NCBI RefSeq assembly: GCF_030028105.1
Contig: NC_092373.1
Span: 188,015,998 to 188,079,997 of the forward strand
Length of the DNA stretch: 64,000 nt
Reading direction: 5' to 3'
Source: Mobula birostris
Taxonomy: Eukaryota
The translations under genes were made by a program, and so were the position numbers. A model generated the notes under the pieces. The model was not told the origin of the DNA. It saw nothing but the letters and a program-made list of their open reading frames with translations, and made no database searches. This document shows, piece after piece, positions 1 through 11,544 of this stretch (position 1 is its first letter; each line of letters starts with the position of its first letter).

Positions 1-1164
1 CTTTGAAAGTTCTTCCGCATTCAGGACAGGTAGTTCCAGATGGCAGATCGGGCTTTGGTTGTTGCTGCCTCTCTTTCCATTTTCTTCTCTTTTCTTCTAA
101 CTCTGCACATCTATTGGTTTCGAAAGTTGCTGTTTCTTCTCGGGTGATGGCTTGCTAGAGTTTCCTGTCCTTGGCATTAGTTTCCCAATTGTTGATGTCG
201 ATGTCACATTTCTTCATGTTGGCTTTTAAGACATCTTTGAATCTCTTCTGTTGTCCGCCTCTTTTACGTTTGCCTTCTTTAAGCTGGGAGTAGAAGATTT
301 GTTTCGGCAGATGTTCCTCTTTCATCCGAACAACATGACCGCTCTATCTTAGTTGGTTCTTGATGACGTAGGCTTCAATGCTTGTTATTTTTGCTTCATT
401 TAGCACGCTGATGTTGGTTCTTCTATCTTCCCAGCTGATATTTAAGATGTTTCGAAGACAGCATTGATGGAACTTTTCAAGATGTTGTCGGTATGTTGTC
501 CAGGTTTCTGATACGTACAGGAGCGTTGGGATTACCACTGCTTTGTACACTAACATTTTGGTGTCTGTTCGGATGTCACGATCATGAAAGACACTTGTTT
601 GGAGACGTCCAAAAGCTGTTCCAACGCACTTAAGACGATGTTGGATCTCGTCATTAAGGTCGACATTGGAGGAGAGGTGACTTCCAAGATACAGAAAGTG
701 ATCCACGTTTTCTAGGGTTGTTTTGCCAAGTTGAAATGATGGTTCTATCCAATTTGTCTCAATTGGTGACGGTTGATAGATGATCTGAGTCTTCATGTAA
801 TTGATGGTAAGTTCAAGTTTCGTGTATGCATGGTTGAAGGCAGTCAGAATCTGTTGTAGGTGGTTTTCTGAAAGAGCTGCAACAGTGTTGTCATCTGCTT
901 ATTGGAACTCGATGAGGGAACTCGTGGATGTCTTCGTTTTGGATCTGAGACGGGCAAGATTGAAAAGTCTGCCATCTGTTCTGCAGACAATTTCAATTCC
1001 TGGGCATAGGTCGTCCCTGATAATGTGGATGATTGTCGCAATGAAAATGGTGAACAAAGTTGGGGTGATCACACATCCCTGTTTTACTCCTGATCTAACT
1101 TGAAAAGACTCACAGTTACTGTTGCTGACCATGACTGTGGCAAGCATGCCATCGTGGAGGAGTG
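1..1164 (-). mobile_element. RTE-clade LINE, 5'-truncated RT and C-terminal region; 3' end runs off the window start
   Basis: Minus-strand ORFs 899-1147 (GVKQGCVITPTLF...RTDGRLFNL) and 344-796 (FLYLGS...LLYVSETWTTY...WEDRRTN). The YADD motif is broken by a stop (EFQ*ADD). Confidence 0.9.
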
Positions 1165-1580
1165 TCAGGATTCAAATGATGTTGGACAAATTTGATATGG
1201 AGTACTTTTGAAGAGATGACCAAGAGGATTGATGAGAGCAGGGCAGTACACATTGTCTACATGAACTATAACGAGGTTTTTGAGATAATCCCAGATGGAA
1301 TGCTGATTCACAAAGTTAGAATACATGGGATTTAGAGTAAGATTGCAAATTAAATATAAACTTGCCTTGGTGATAGGAAGCAAAGGATGGCAGTGGAGAG
1401 TTGTTTTTCAGATTGGAGATAGGTAACTCATGGAATGCTGCAGGGATTTAGGCTGGGTCCTATTTTCTTTGACTTATCTATTAATGACTTGAATGAGGAT
1501 AGAGGTGGCATGATTAGTACGTCTGCATACAGTATAACATCAAAATTGGTATTATAGTGGAGAGTGAGGGTGAAACTCTA
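1165..1580 (+). mobile_element. Old CR1 LINE RT fragment
   Basis: Degenerate match to the CR1 RT segment (V.SG..QG..LGP..F..YINDL, then a FADD-like relic); many stops. Confidence 0.6.
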
Positions 1581-2054
1581 TCAGCTGTACCACTAGTAAA
1601 ACTTGGAAGGTCCTTCAACTGTCCAACCAGTGTTGTACTCTGCAGTTTGATACTCCATCAGTCTTCTCTACACTGATCTCCTTGTTTATTTTAATCCAGT
1701 CCCCAGCATATTACCAGTTCCCTTACTACACTTCTATTGACTTCCCACTTACTTTGGTCTATGGAATTCCCTCTCCAATATACTCAATCCCACTTCAGCT
1801 CTTCACAGCCTTCTCCATCTATGGGACCTTTTTGAATCCCCACTTCTCTGATCGATCCTGTGATCATTCTGTATCAGTTCTTCCTTCAGTTCCCTTCACT
1901 CCTCTGTAAACTCGTATGATGCATATCTTAGAGAAAGAAACACTACATATAAATTCTTGTTGACTGCTTGCAAGACCACGAGATGTACACAACAAACAGA
2001 AGTATAGAAACAAATGTTTAGATTGCTTACAATCGGATAAGGCCTTTATATAAT

Positions 2055-2575
2055 AAAAGATGTGATGACATTGGAGAGGGTCCAGTGGAAGGTTATGATA
2101 ATTATTCTTGGAATGACAAGGTTAACATATGAGGAGTATTTGATTTCTCTAGGCCTGTACTCACTGAGGTTTCGAAGAATGAGTGAAGATCTTGTTGAAA
2201 TCTATCAAATATTGAAAGGTCCAGATAGAGTGGATCTGGAGACGATGTTTCCTACAGTGGGAGAGGAGGGGTGTCGAGGATAAGAGGGCACTGCTTCAGA
2301 ACAGAGGGACGTCCCTTTAGAACAGAGATGAGGAAAAAATTAATTAGCCAGTGGGTGTTGTATCTGCGGAATTCACTGCCACAGGCAACAGTGAAGGTCG
2401 TTGGTGTATTTAAAGAGGTGGCCGATAGGTTCTTGATTAGTCAGGGTGTCCAAGATTACTGGGAGAAGTTAGGAGAATGGGATTGAGAGGGATAATAAAT
2501 CAGCCTTGATAGAATGGCAGAGCAGATTCAATGGGCCAAATGGCCAAATTATGCTTCTATGTCTTATGGTCTACT
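2055..2575 (+). mobile_element. CR1 LINE 3' end
   Basis: LERVQ...LGLYSL.FRRM..DL.E.Y.ILKG.DRVD; RGH..R..GRPFRTEMR; 3' UTR gggccaaatggcc...tcttatggtct. Confidence 0.85.
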
Positions 2576-2651
2576 ACACACATTAAGATTGCTATGTTCA
2601 TTGGTATCTTAATAAAAGAAAAAGCAAAGCTTTCAAAATGATTGAAGAACT

Positions 2652-2735
2652 TAGCTTGCCTGACTTGCTGATTACCTCCAGCATTTTGTGTGTTGTGTTC
2701 AACATTCCCAGGATCTGCAGGATCTCTTGTGTTTA
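2652..2735 (+). repeat. Penelope-like terminal-repeat fragment
   Basis: tgcctgacttgctga...ctccagcattttgtgtg...atctgcag; same family as the arms of the 45843-47189 element. Confidence 0.75.
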
Positions 2736-3459
2736 AATTGTCAGTGTTATAGTCTTTCATAATCCCAAAGTGGAGGGTGGGGGGGGTGTAACAGTCAATA
2801 ATGCACTTGTGAAATACTTTCGCTATTTGAATGGACAATACCCCAGGCACAGATTGGTCATAAAAATGCAGACATATGAAATTTATTGGATTAAAACATT
2901 CATCACTGCAACAAAACTTGCTAAGAAACAGTCATGTTTTCTTTCTTCCAAAATAACCTTAAATATTATTGATTGCAAGTAAGCTGTGTGATGCACAGTT
3001 TATGATCAGCAAGTGTTTTATTAATGAAAGAGTGGCACAAATGTAGTGTCTTTCACGAGCTAGGATCATCGTAAAGGCCTCTGTAGTCAGTGATATCATG
3101 TTTCGGGCAAAGCTGCTCCTTCTAAGAATCCAATAGCAGTGCTCTTGAGCATTTTCAAGATTTTAGAGAGGTGACTAGGGGGAAATCAACTGTAATATTT
3201 ATTTGACTAACTACCAGAAAAGTACTATCTAAATATTTAATGTGCAGACTGCTTCAGGAAGTTGGTGTGGCTTGACATATGCTAAATCACATATTAGTTT
3301 TACTTAGAAAAGACTGAACATATGTCAGCATTTAAGTTTACTGATAGAAAATGATTATGCTGCATTTCTTTCCATTTGTAATTCCTGCTTCTGTAACCAC
3401 TGGTGTATAATTCTCATAAAGTCTTTTTGCCTCAAGACAGATTAAAACATAGCGAGTTT

Positions 3460-3730
3460 AGGGATGACACAGTGGTGCAGCTAGTAGAATTGCTTCCACA
3501 TATCTTAAGCAAACCAAGGTTCACTTCTGACCACCAGTGTGTGCATACATTTTGCATGTTCTCCCCGTGATATGTCCTTGGTACTCCGCTTGCCTTCTGC
3601 ATCTCAAAGATATTAAGAGACAATAAATTAATTGTGACAGAAAATCACCCAGAGGGTAGGTGGGTTGAGAGTGAAAATGCAGAATACTGGGAAATGTGGG
3701 GAAATAGGATTGCTCTCAGTGCTGGTATAG
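3460..3730 (+). mobile_element. tRNA-derived V-domain SINE (HE1-like), degenerate
   Basis: tRNA-like head (cagtggtgcagctagtaga...ggttca) followed by the V-domain core tttgcatgttctccccgtg. Confidence 0.65.
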
Positions 3731-3769
3731 ATTTGATCTGTGAATCATCTCCTCTTCCATTATGAAATA

Positions 3770-4324
3770 CACTCAGTTACCACTTTATTAGGTACACCTG
3801 GAAACTTGCTTGTTAATGCAAATATTCTAATCAACCAATCATGTGGCAGCAAATCTATGCATAAAAGCATGCAGACATGGTCGAGAGATTCAGTTATTAT
3901 TCAGATCAAACATTAGAATGGGGAAAAAATTTGATCTAAGTAACTTTGACCATGGAATGATTGCTGGTGCCAGACAGGGTGGTTTGAGTATCTTAGAAAC
4001 TGTTGATCTGGGATTATCACGCACAAGAGACTCTAGAGTGTATAGAAAATGGTGAGAAAAACAAAAAAAAACATTCAATGAGTGTCAGTTCTGTGGGCAA
4101 AAATGTCTTGTTAATGAGATAGGTCAGAGAAGAATGGCCAGTCTGGTGCAAGTTGACAGGAAGGCAATATTAACTCAAATAACCACACATTACAACAGTG
4201 GTGTGCAGAAGGGCACGTATCTATAAATGCACAACACATCAAACCTTCATCAGAAGACCATAAATACACATTCCGTAGCCACTTTATAACGTAGGAGATA
4301 ACTAATAAATGTGACCAACAAGTG
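3770..4324 (+). mobile_element. Non-autonomous Tc1-like DNA transposon
   Basis: Left end TA|CACTCAGTTACCACTTTATTAGGTAC; right end ...CTAATAAATGTGACCAACAAGTG|TA. Carries a Tc1 transposase N-terminal HTH relic (MGKKFDLSNFDHGMIAGARQGGLSILET...SRVYRKW). Confidence 0.85.
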
Positions 4325-4374
4325 TATATAAAAACTTTACTTTTGTATTTCTTCATGAACAAAATGCAACAGAG

Positions 4375-4800
4375 AAAAGGATGAGTGAGCTCGAGCTTTT
4401 CCCTTTGGAGAGAAGGAGGCTGAGATGTGACTTGATATTGGGTTACAAAATGATAAGAGACATACATGGATCAAGTGGTTAGCCAAAGACTTTTTCCCAG
4501 GGCAGAAATGACAGATAAGAGGGAGCATCTTATAGTGATTGGAGGGAAGTGTAGGGGTGATGTCAGAGGCAAGTTTATTACACACTGAGTGGTGGATGCA
4601 TGGCATGCACTGCTAGGGATAATAGTATACGCAGATATATTAGGGACATTTAAAGTTTTCTTAGCAGACACACAGATAAAAGAAGAAACAGAGGACTATA
4701 CAGGAAGTAAGGATTATATAGATCATAGAGTAGTTAGAAGGTAGTATAACATCATGGGCTGAATGGCCTGTACTATCCACTAATGTTCCTTGTTTTGTGT
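4375..4800 (+). mobile_element. CR1 LINE 3' end, degenerate
   Basis: L.LFPLE.RRLR.DL..Y relic, gggaagtgtaggggtgatgtcagaggcaag, tail gggctgaatggcctgtact. Confidence 0.75.
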
Positions 4801-5679
4801 TTGATAATAGTCAGTTATAACAGAAATCAGCAGGGTATTACACTGTTTGTGACTTCAGACTAACTAATGTGGTTACCCCTTTATGGCTTCTCAGTTCAGG
4901 AGCAGTTAGGTTTGGAAAAGAAATGTTGGCTGTTTCAGTGTTACCCACATCCCATGAATGAATAAATAAAATAGAATGTATTTATTCCATTTAAATTACT
5001 CTACATATTCTTCCTTCCACAATGAATCATTCATATTTCTCTTGTTTTAAATTACAAACTTCCATTTCTCTGCCCAATTTCCTCATCTACATATGTCTTC
5101 CTGAAGCTTGTTATGGATTCCTCACTGCTAGCTGAGTTTTCCATGACTTTCTGAATTTGAAATCCTGCCCTTTATAACCAAGGCGAGGTCACTGATATTT
5201 ATTAAGTGGCTGTTCTTTGTGTTTTAATTTTGTTGATTGATGGCACAATGATTCATTTGTAGGTAAAATAATCTGCCTTTTCAGGGCTTTATCTTCAGTT
5301 TGAATCAAAGGTCCTAAGGAGGATGATTTGCTCTGCAAGAACTCACTGCAAAACAGTACTTTGAACAGTGACACAAGAATTTTGAATAATTTCATTACTG
5401 ACTTTTGTCTCGGGATGATCTGGAAGAATATTTACTGTTGTCTTCATGGAGCAAAGAAATGCTCAATAAATTTCTATGTCTTATTATCATTAAGTAGCTT
5501 CACTTTTTAAGTGTAGTGATGAAATGATGGTTCAGTTCACCAACAAAGTACCACAAAAAAAAAGAAATACCTTCTTATTGGCTTACTGATTGGCTCATTG
5601 ATGTAGAATTTAGCAGAAACACCCTGTATTGCACTCTCTAAAGGACAGTAGGACCTAAGTAGGCAATTTCAACAATTTA

Positions 5680-6125
5680 TGCTGTGCTTTTTTTGCTTAT
5701 TAATGGGATGCATGCATTATTGGTCAGGCTGGCATTTATATCACTTGAGCATATGGTAATGAATCCCTCCTGGAGCCACTTTTCTCCTGGGGAAGGTGCT
5801 TCCGCAGTGCTGTTGGAAAGGGAATACCAGGATTTAACCCTAATAATAATGAAGGAATGGCAATATATTTCTATGACAGGATGGCATGAGATGGTGCTGT
5901 TCCTTACACTGGCTGCCCTTGTTCTAAATTTGAACTTGAGGAGCGCTGTTAGAATGCCGTGCATCTTATCATGCAGATGATGCACACTGCAGCATTGACA
6001 TTAATAGTTAATGTTTAGGATGGAAAATGGGAGGTCATTCATGTAGTCTGATTGAGCCTGAATGGTAAGGAGCTTCTTTGGTGTTGTTGGAGCATTAGTT
6101 GTCAAGGCAAGTAGACAATATTCTT
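5680..6125 (-). mobile_element. Old L2/CR1-group LINE 3' end, of the tail type shared with Deu-domain SINEs
   Basis: Minus-strand ORF contains SF....KSWYSLSNS. Related tails occur at about 4830-4970, 17290-17455 and 32915-33170. Confidence 0.55.
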
Positions 6126-6714
6126 TATGTTTTAGAAAGAATAATGGAGTTATAGAGTCATAGAACATAGAAGCAGTTCTTTTAGACAACTGAGTCCACA
6201 CCAATTCTTTTACACAAATCCTATATTAAGCCCATTTTTCTTTTCCTCACGTTCACATCAGCGACCTCTCGACAGCCAACCCATGTATCTTTCAGATGTG
6301 AGAGGAAACCAAAGTGTCCAGAGGAAATCTAAGTGGTCAAATGTGGAACATGCAAAACTCCACACAGAGAGCCCCAGAGATCCAGTGATCAGGATTAATC
6401 CCCTGGATTTTGAATTGATTTGACTTTATTTCTTACATCCTTCACATACATGAGGAGTAAAAATCTTTACTTTGCATCTCCGTCTGAATGTGCAACGTGT
6501 AAATTATAGTAATTTGTAATAAATAGTATGTACAGTTAGATATACAACAAATCGGCATTCTGTGCCACTGCTGGAAGGGTCGAAAACTAAGGGAACATCA
6601 CAATCAGGTGAATTATCACTGACATGTTGTGAAATTGTTTTCAGTGAAATACATAAAAAATTACTGTAACTTAAAATAACAAATAGATAAGTAGTGTCTT
6701 CAGTCAGAGAAAGC

Positions 6715-6968
6715 AAAGGAAAGAAAAGCTCAAGGCTAAGTTTTTGTTTTCCTTCCCTTCTTTACATCTGCTCAGTTATGACAGTAGAGATGCTAGGCAG
6801 GATAGTGCAATGCTCCTCGTGTGGGATATGGGAAGGCAGGATGATATCCAGTGTCCCAGATGACTACAACTGAGAGAAGTGCATTCAGCTACTAACAATC
6901 TTCCCTAAAGAGTTGGAGCTGGAACTGGATGAACTCCAGATCATTCAGGAGGCTGAAGGGGTGATATA
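6715..6968 (+). mobile_element. CR1 ORF1 N-terminal fragment (Cys motif plus coiled coil)
   Basis: Reads VQCSSCGIWEGR...VPDDYN*EKCIQL...KELELELDELQIIQEAEGVI. Confidence 0.7.
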
Positions 6969-6969
6969 T

Positions 6970-7240
6970 AGATAGATGGTTACTTTATTGATCCCAAAGG
7001 AAATTACAGTGTCACAGTAGCATAACAAATGCACAGGTATACAAATATTAGAAGAGAAATAAGAAAGAATAACAACTTACCTCAAACAGTCTAACAGGAG
7101 GGATTATCAATTCCCCGACCGTGGCTTGACTCAGTATAGAACCTAATGGCTGAGGGTAAGAATAACCTCATATATTGCCCTTTGGAGCAGTACAGTTGTC
7201 TTAGTCTACTACTAAAAGTGCTCCTCTGTTCAGCCAAGGA
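6970..7240 (-). mobile_element. Rex1/Babar-type LINE 3' end
   Basis: Minus strand reads SFLPSAIRFY, then tttgggatcaataaagta and a ctat-type microsatellite tail. Confidence 0.65.
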
Positions 7241-7274
7241 TCCTGAAGAAATACTGGATTAATACCACCCACAA

Positions 7275-7592
7275 ACCCATAAGGCGATAGGATTGACTTC
7301 AAAGGCACAAAACTACTGTGCTGCGCCAGTGGCTTTTGGGACCACCTGGTGAAGAAAGCCATTGAAGTAAGACTAGAGAAAAAGAATTTTAACAAAGACG
7401 AAGAGAAACGGAATTCGATTGTAAACAAGGTGGGACAGTGCAAACCCGAGTGGATGAGGACTAACCAGTCAGGAGGGACAGATGACAGAGGTATATATAC
7501 CACTGGACTAGACATACCCAGGCATCATCCCTGATGAAGATGGCAGAGTCTGTCATCGAAACGTCAGCTAAAATTGATAACTGTACCCTGCT
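7275..7592 (+). mobile_element. Penelope-like element (Penelope/Poseidon type): GIY-YIG C-terminus plus terminal repeat
   Basis: RIDFKGTKLLCCASGFWDHLVKKAIEVRLEKKNFNKDE fits the PLE endonuclease tail H.IDF....L......RL.KEAIEI....N.N.D. It is followed by a hammerhead motif. A second copy of the terminal part lies at 61852-61963. Confidence 0.8.
7520..7585 (+). ncRNA. Minimal type-I hammerhead ribozyme motif with intact core
   Basis: CTGATGA (7531-7537), A, stem II GATGGCAG/CTGTCATC with loop AGT, GAAA (7558-7561), CGTC (GUC triplet ending 7565). Stem III is reduced to the palindrome ACGT. Stem I is only weakly paired in this copy. Confidence 0.65.
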
Positions 7593-7639
7593 TTGTTTGT
7601 CATATTTGCCAGGAAAGCACTAGATCCCTTTTCAGAGAG

Positions 7640-7995
7640 CAAAATAGTTTTCATGGCTTCATAAACTGTTCAGAAATCTGATGGTGAAGGGGAAGAAAGT
7701 GTTCCAAAAATACTGAGTGTGTGCCTTCAAGATCTTGTACCTCCTCCCTAATGGTAGTAATGAGAAGTAGGCATGAATTGGATAGCGGGCGTCCTCAATG
7801 ATGGATGCTGCCTTTTTGAGGCATCGTTTTTGGAGGGTATCCTTGATGGTTCCTATGATGGAGCTGGCTGAGATTACAACCCTCTGCAGTTTTTTTCCCA
7901 ATCCTGTGCTCTCCAAAGTAGATCTTCAGTAATTTGCTAAGAGTCTTTGGTGACATACCAAATCTCCTCAAACTCCGAAAGAAATATAGCTGCTG
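7640..7995 (-). mobile_element. Rex1/Babar LINE 3' fragment
   Basis: KKLQRVV..ASSIIGT...RCLKKAASII.D...P.HA.FSLLP.GRRY...KAHT..F.N.FFP..IRFLN. Confidence 0.85.
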
Positions 7996-8274
7996 GGAGT
8001 TTCTAGGCAGATTGAATGACTTAGATTCTGTGACTCTGGAGATTCTTGGTTAAATATCATCCAAAATAAGATTAAATCTAAATGGATAGCTGTATATCCC
8101 TCTTAATGAATTGACTTTAAAGCCGTGGTTTGAACAGGGAAGGACCATTTTGTTTATAACAGCCTGTAATACTGAATTACTTTTCGTATTTTCATTTCCA
8201 GCAATTAGTTTGCATCTGATTTCTCTCCTTTCCTGCTTCTCACCACTTTTCCACTTCCTTCTCACCTTGTTTTC

Positions 8275-9835
8275 AGAATCAGAATCAAGTTTAATGTCAC
8301 CCACATATGTCATAAAAGTTGTTGTTAAGTGGCAGCAGTATATTGCAGTACATAATAATAAAATCGGTAAATTACAGGTGTTATATACTGTATATAATAA
8401 AAAAAGTTAAACTAAATAAGTGCAAAAACAGAAATAAAAAAAGTAATGAGGTATAGTGTTCATGGGTTCAATGTCCATTCAGAAATCAGATGCCAGAGGG
8501 GAAAAAGCTATTCCTGAATCATTGTGTGTGTGCCTTCAGGCTCCTGTATCTCCTCCTTGATGAGGGCAATGAGAAGAGGGCATGTCCTGGGTGACGGAGG
8601 TCCTTATTGATGGATGCTGCCTTTTTGAGGCATCGCTCCTTGAAGATGCCCTGGATGCTGGAGAGGCTAGTACCCATGATGGAGCTGACTGAGTTTACAA
8701 CTTTCTGCAGTTTATTTTAATCTTGTGCAATGCCTCCCCCATACCAGATGGGAAAGCTCTCCGTGGTACATCTGTAGAAATTTGCGTGTGACTTTGGTAA
8801 CATACCAAATCTTTTCAAACTCCTAATGAAATATAGCCACTGTTGTGCCTTCTTTGTAACTGCATTGATATGTCGGTCCCAGGATAGATCCTCAGAAATG
8901 TTGACACCCAAGAAATTGAAATTGCTCAAACTTTCCACTCTGATCCCTTCGATGAGGACTAGTGTGTGTTCCTCTGTCTTACCCTTTCTGAAATCAACTA
9001 TCAATTCTTTGGTCTTACTGATGTTAAATGCAAGCTTATTGCTGCAACACCATTCCACCAGTTCATCTCTCTCGCTCTTGTATCCCGTCTCGTCACCATC
9101 TGAAATTCTACCAAAAATAGTTGTGTTGTCAGCAGATTTATAGATTGGCGTTTGAGCTGTGCCTAACCACGCAATCATGGGTGTAGAAAGAGTAGAGCAG
9201 TGGGCTAAGCACACATCCTTCAAGTGCACCAGTGTTGAATAGCAGCAAGCTGGAGATGTTATTTCTGATCCACACAGACTGTGGTCTTCCGGTGACAAGG
9301 TTGAGAATCCAGTTGCAGAGGGAGGTAAAGAGTCCCAGGTTTGGAGCTTCTTAATCAGAACTGTAGGAATGAGTGTGTTAAATCTAAGCTGGTTCAATAA
9401 ACAGCAGCCTGATGAACATACTAGTATTGTGCAAGTGATCTAAGGCCACATGAAGAGCCAATGAGATTGCATCTGCTGTAGACCTATTGTGGCGGTATTC
9501 AAATTACAGTGGGTCCAGGTCCTTGCTTAGGCAGGAGTTAATTCTAACTACAAACCACCTCTCAAAGCACTTCATTGCTGTAAATGTGAGTGCTAATGGA
9601 CGTTAAGGCAGCCAGCCCTACTGGTATGATTATTGTCCTTTTGAAGCAGCTGGAAACTTCCAACTGCAGCAGTGAATGACTGAAAATGTCTTTGAACACA
9701 CCCACCAGTTGGTTTGCACAGTTTTCAAAGTCCTACTGAGTACTGTATCCCTTCAGGACCTGTCAACTTGTGAAGGTTCACCCTCTTGAAAGACATTGTG
9801 ATGTCGGCCTCCATGACAGAGATCACAGGGTCACC
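8275..9835 (-). mobile_element. Rex1/Babar LINE, 5'-truncated, about 1.55 kb
   Basis: ORF 8717-9397 has [19 protein letters not shown]...LVEWC..NKLAFNISKTKELIVDFRKGK; (GATTCT)n tail near 8275. Confidence 0.9.
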
Positions 9836-10454
9836 CTCCCTTTCCTTTTTACACATTCCCTAACTTATTCATTCATCTTCTTCCTGTTTTTTTCTCTCTG
9901 TGTGAATGAGTAAGAACTCAAAAGCTGCCAACACCTTGCAACATTAACATTGATATCCCTTTTCAGGAGGGCATGTATTTGAAAGGATTATGCCACTTGT
10001 ACAATAAAGATGTTTCACTGAATTTGTTACAATATGATTGTGAGGTATTACAACAGAGTTTTGCTGAAAGACACAATAGAAAGTGAAAATGAAAGTACTC
10101 GAAACCTTTCAAGGGTAATAGATACTTATGGCAATGTCTTTAGTTAACTCTGAGAATCTGTGAATTATTTATGAACAATTTTCCTTCATGCTCTCTGATA
10201 ACAATGGATAATGCATGGCAGGAAGCAGTCCTTTCCTCAATGACAGATTAGCTTAAAATAAACATCAAACATTTGTATAAAATTAACAGAATGTTTTGTG
10301 ATGGAAAGCTACTTTTGTTATAAACAAAACCTAGGAATATCCTTTCACAATTCCAGTGGACTATTAAATAATGAGTATTTGACTATTAAGTTAAATAAGA
10401 TCATCATATGATCATTTGACCATGGTAAGATTTTGTCACCAGCACAGACGACAA

Positions 10455-10640
10455 ACCGCTGTTGTCTATAAGGAGTTTGTACGTTTCCACATGATCACAT
10501 GGATTTCCTCTGGGTGTTCCGGTTTCCTCACACATTCCAAAGACATAGAGATTAGTAGGTTAATTGGTTAATTGGCCGGTTGGACTCTTTGGGCTGGAAG
10601 GGCCTGTTACTGAGCTGTATCTCTAAAATTAAATTAAAAT
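10455..10640 (+). mobile_element. V-domain SINE fragment
   Basis: aggagtttgtacgtt...ggatttcctctgggtgttccggtttcctcacacattccaaagac. Confidence 0.75.
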
Positions 10641-10649
10641 TAATCATCA

Positions 10650-11147
10650 CTTGAATTGACTCCATTACTTACATCCTTCATATACATCAGGAGTAAAAAA
10701 AATCTTTAGTTTATGTGTCTGTCTAAATGTGCAATGTGCAATTTATAGTAATTTATAATAATATTATGTACAACAGGATAGTCAGTATAATATAGAAATA
10801 CAGTGTCAGCACGTGTTAAGCAGTCTGATGGCCTGGTGGAAGAAGCTGTCCTGGAGCCTGTTGGTTCTGGCATTTATGCTGCGATACCATTCCCCAGATG
10901 GTAGCAGCTGAAATAGTTTGTGGTTGGCGTGACTCAGGTCCCCAATGATCCTTCTGGCTCTTTTTACATACCTGTCTTTGTAAATGTCCTGATTAGTGGG
11001 AAGTTCACATCTACAGATGCGCTGGGCTGTCCACACCACTCTGCAGAGTCCTGCAATTAAGGGAGGTACAGTTCTCATACCAGGGAGTGATGCAGCCAGT
11101 CAGGATGCTCTCGATTGTGCTCCTATAGAAAGTTGTTAGGATTTGGA
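10650..11147 (-). mobile_element. Rex1-type LINE 3' end, subfamily with (TTCAA)n tail
   Basis: LFQLLPSG..YRSI.ARTNRL.DSFFHQAIRLLN. Same family as 27470-28020 and the tail at about 6410-6540. Confidence 0.85.
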
Positions 11148-11544
11148 GTAAACTTATTTTAATTTTGCAAACAGACCTTTAATCTAAACTATTTCATTAG
11201 CTCAACCCTGCATAAGTAAGATACAAAATAAAGTTGTTTCTTTGGGAGTGTTGGATTATTAAAGGTTTGGTGGTTATTTTTATTCTAATATACATATTTA
11301 TTGTTTTCCATTCACTGTTCCTTAAGTAAACACGGTACCATGCTAATATCTAACCAAAGAATGACGGATGATCTATTGTCTTATTAATGGGTAGACAAGG
11401 AGTGTTGAAAAATGGGAGGCAAAAAGGAGAAGGGTGGATTTTTTAAACTTTATGGCTAAACTTCCAATTCTTCTATATCCATATTTATCCCTAGAGAATG
11501 GTAGTAGGCTTTCTTATTGATCCATTGAACCATAGACCAACAGG

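Noticed and set aside
3460-3530. tRNA genes at SINE heads (also about 23330 and 30500)
   Set aside because: A/B-box-like heads run straight into V-domain SINE bodies; no complete cloverleaf seen.
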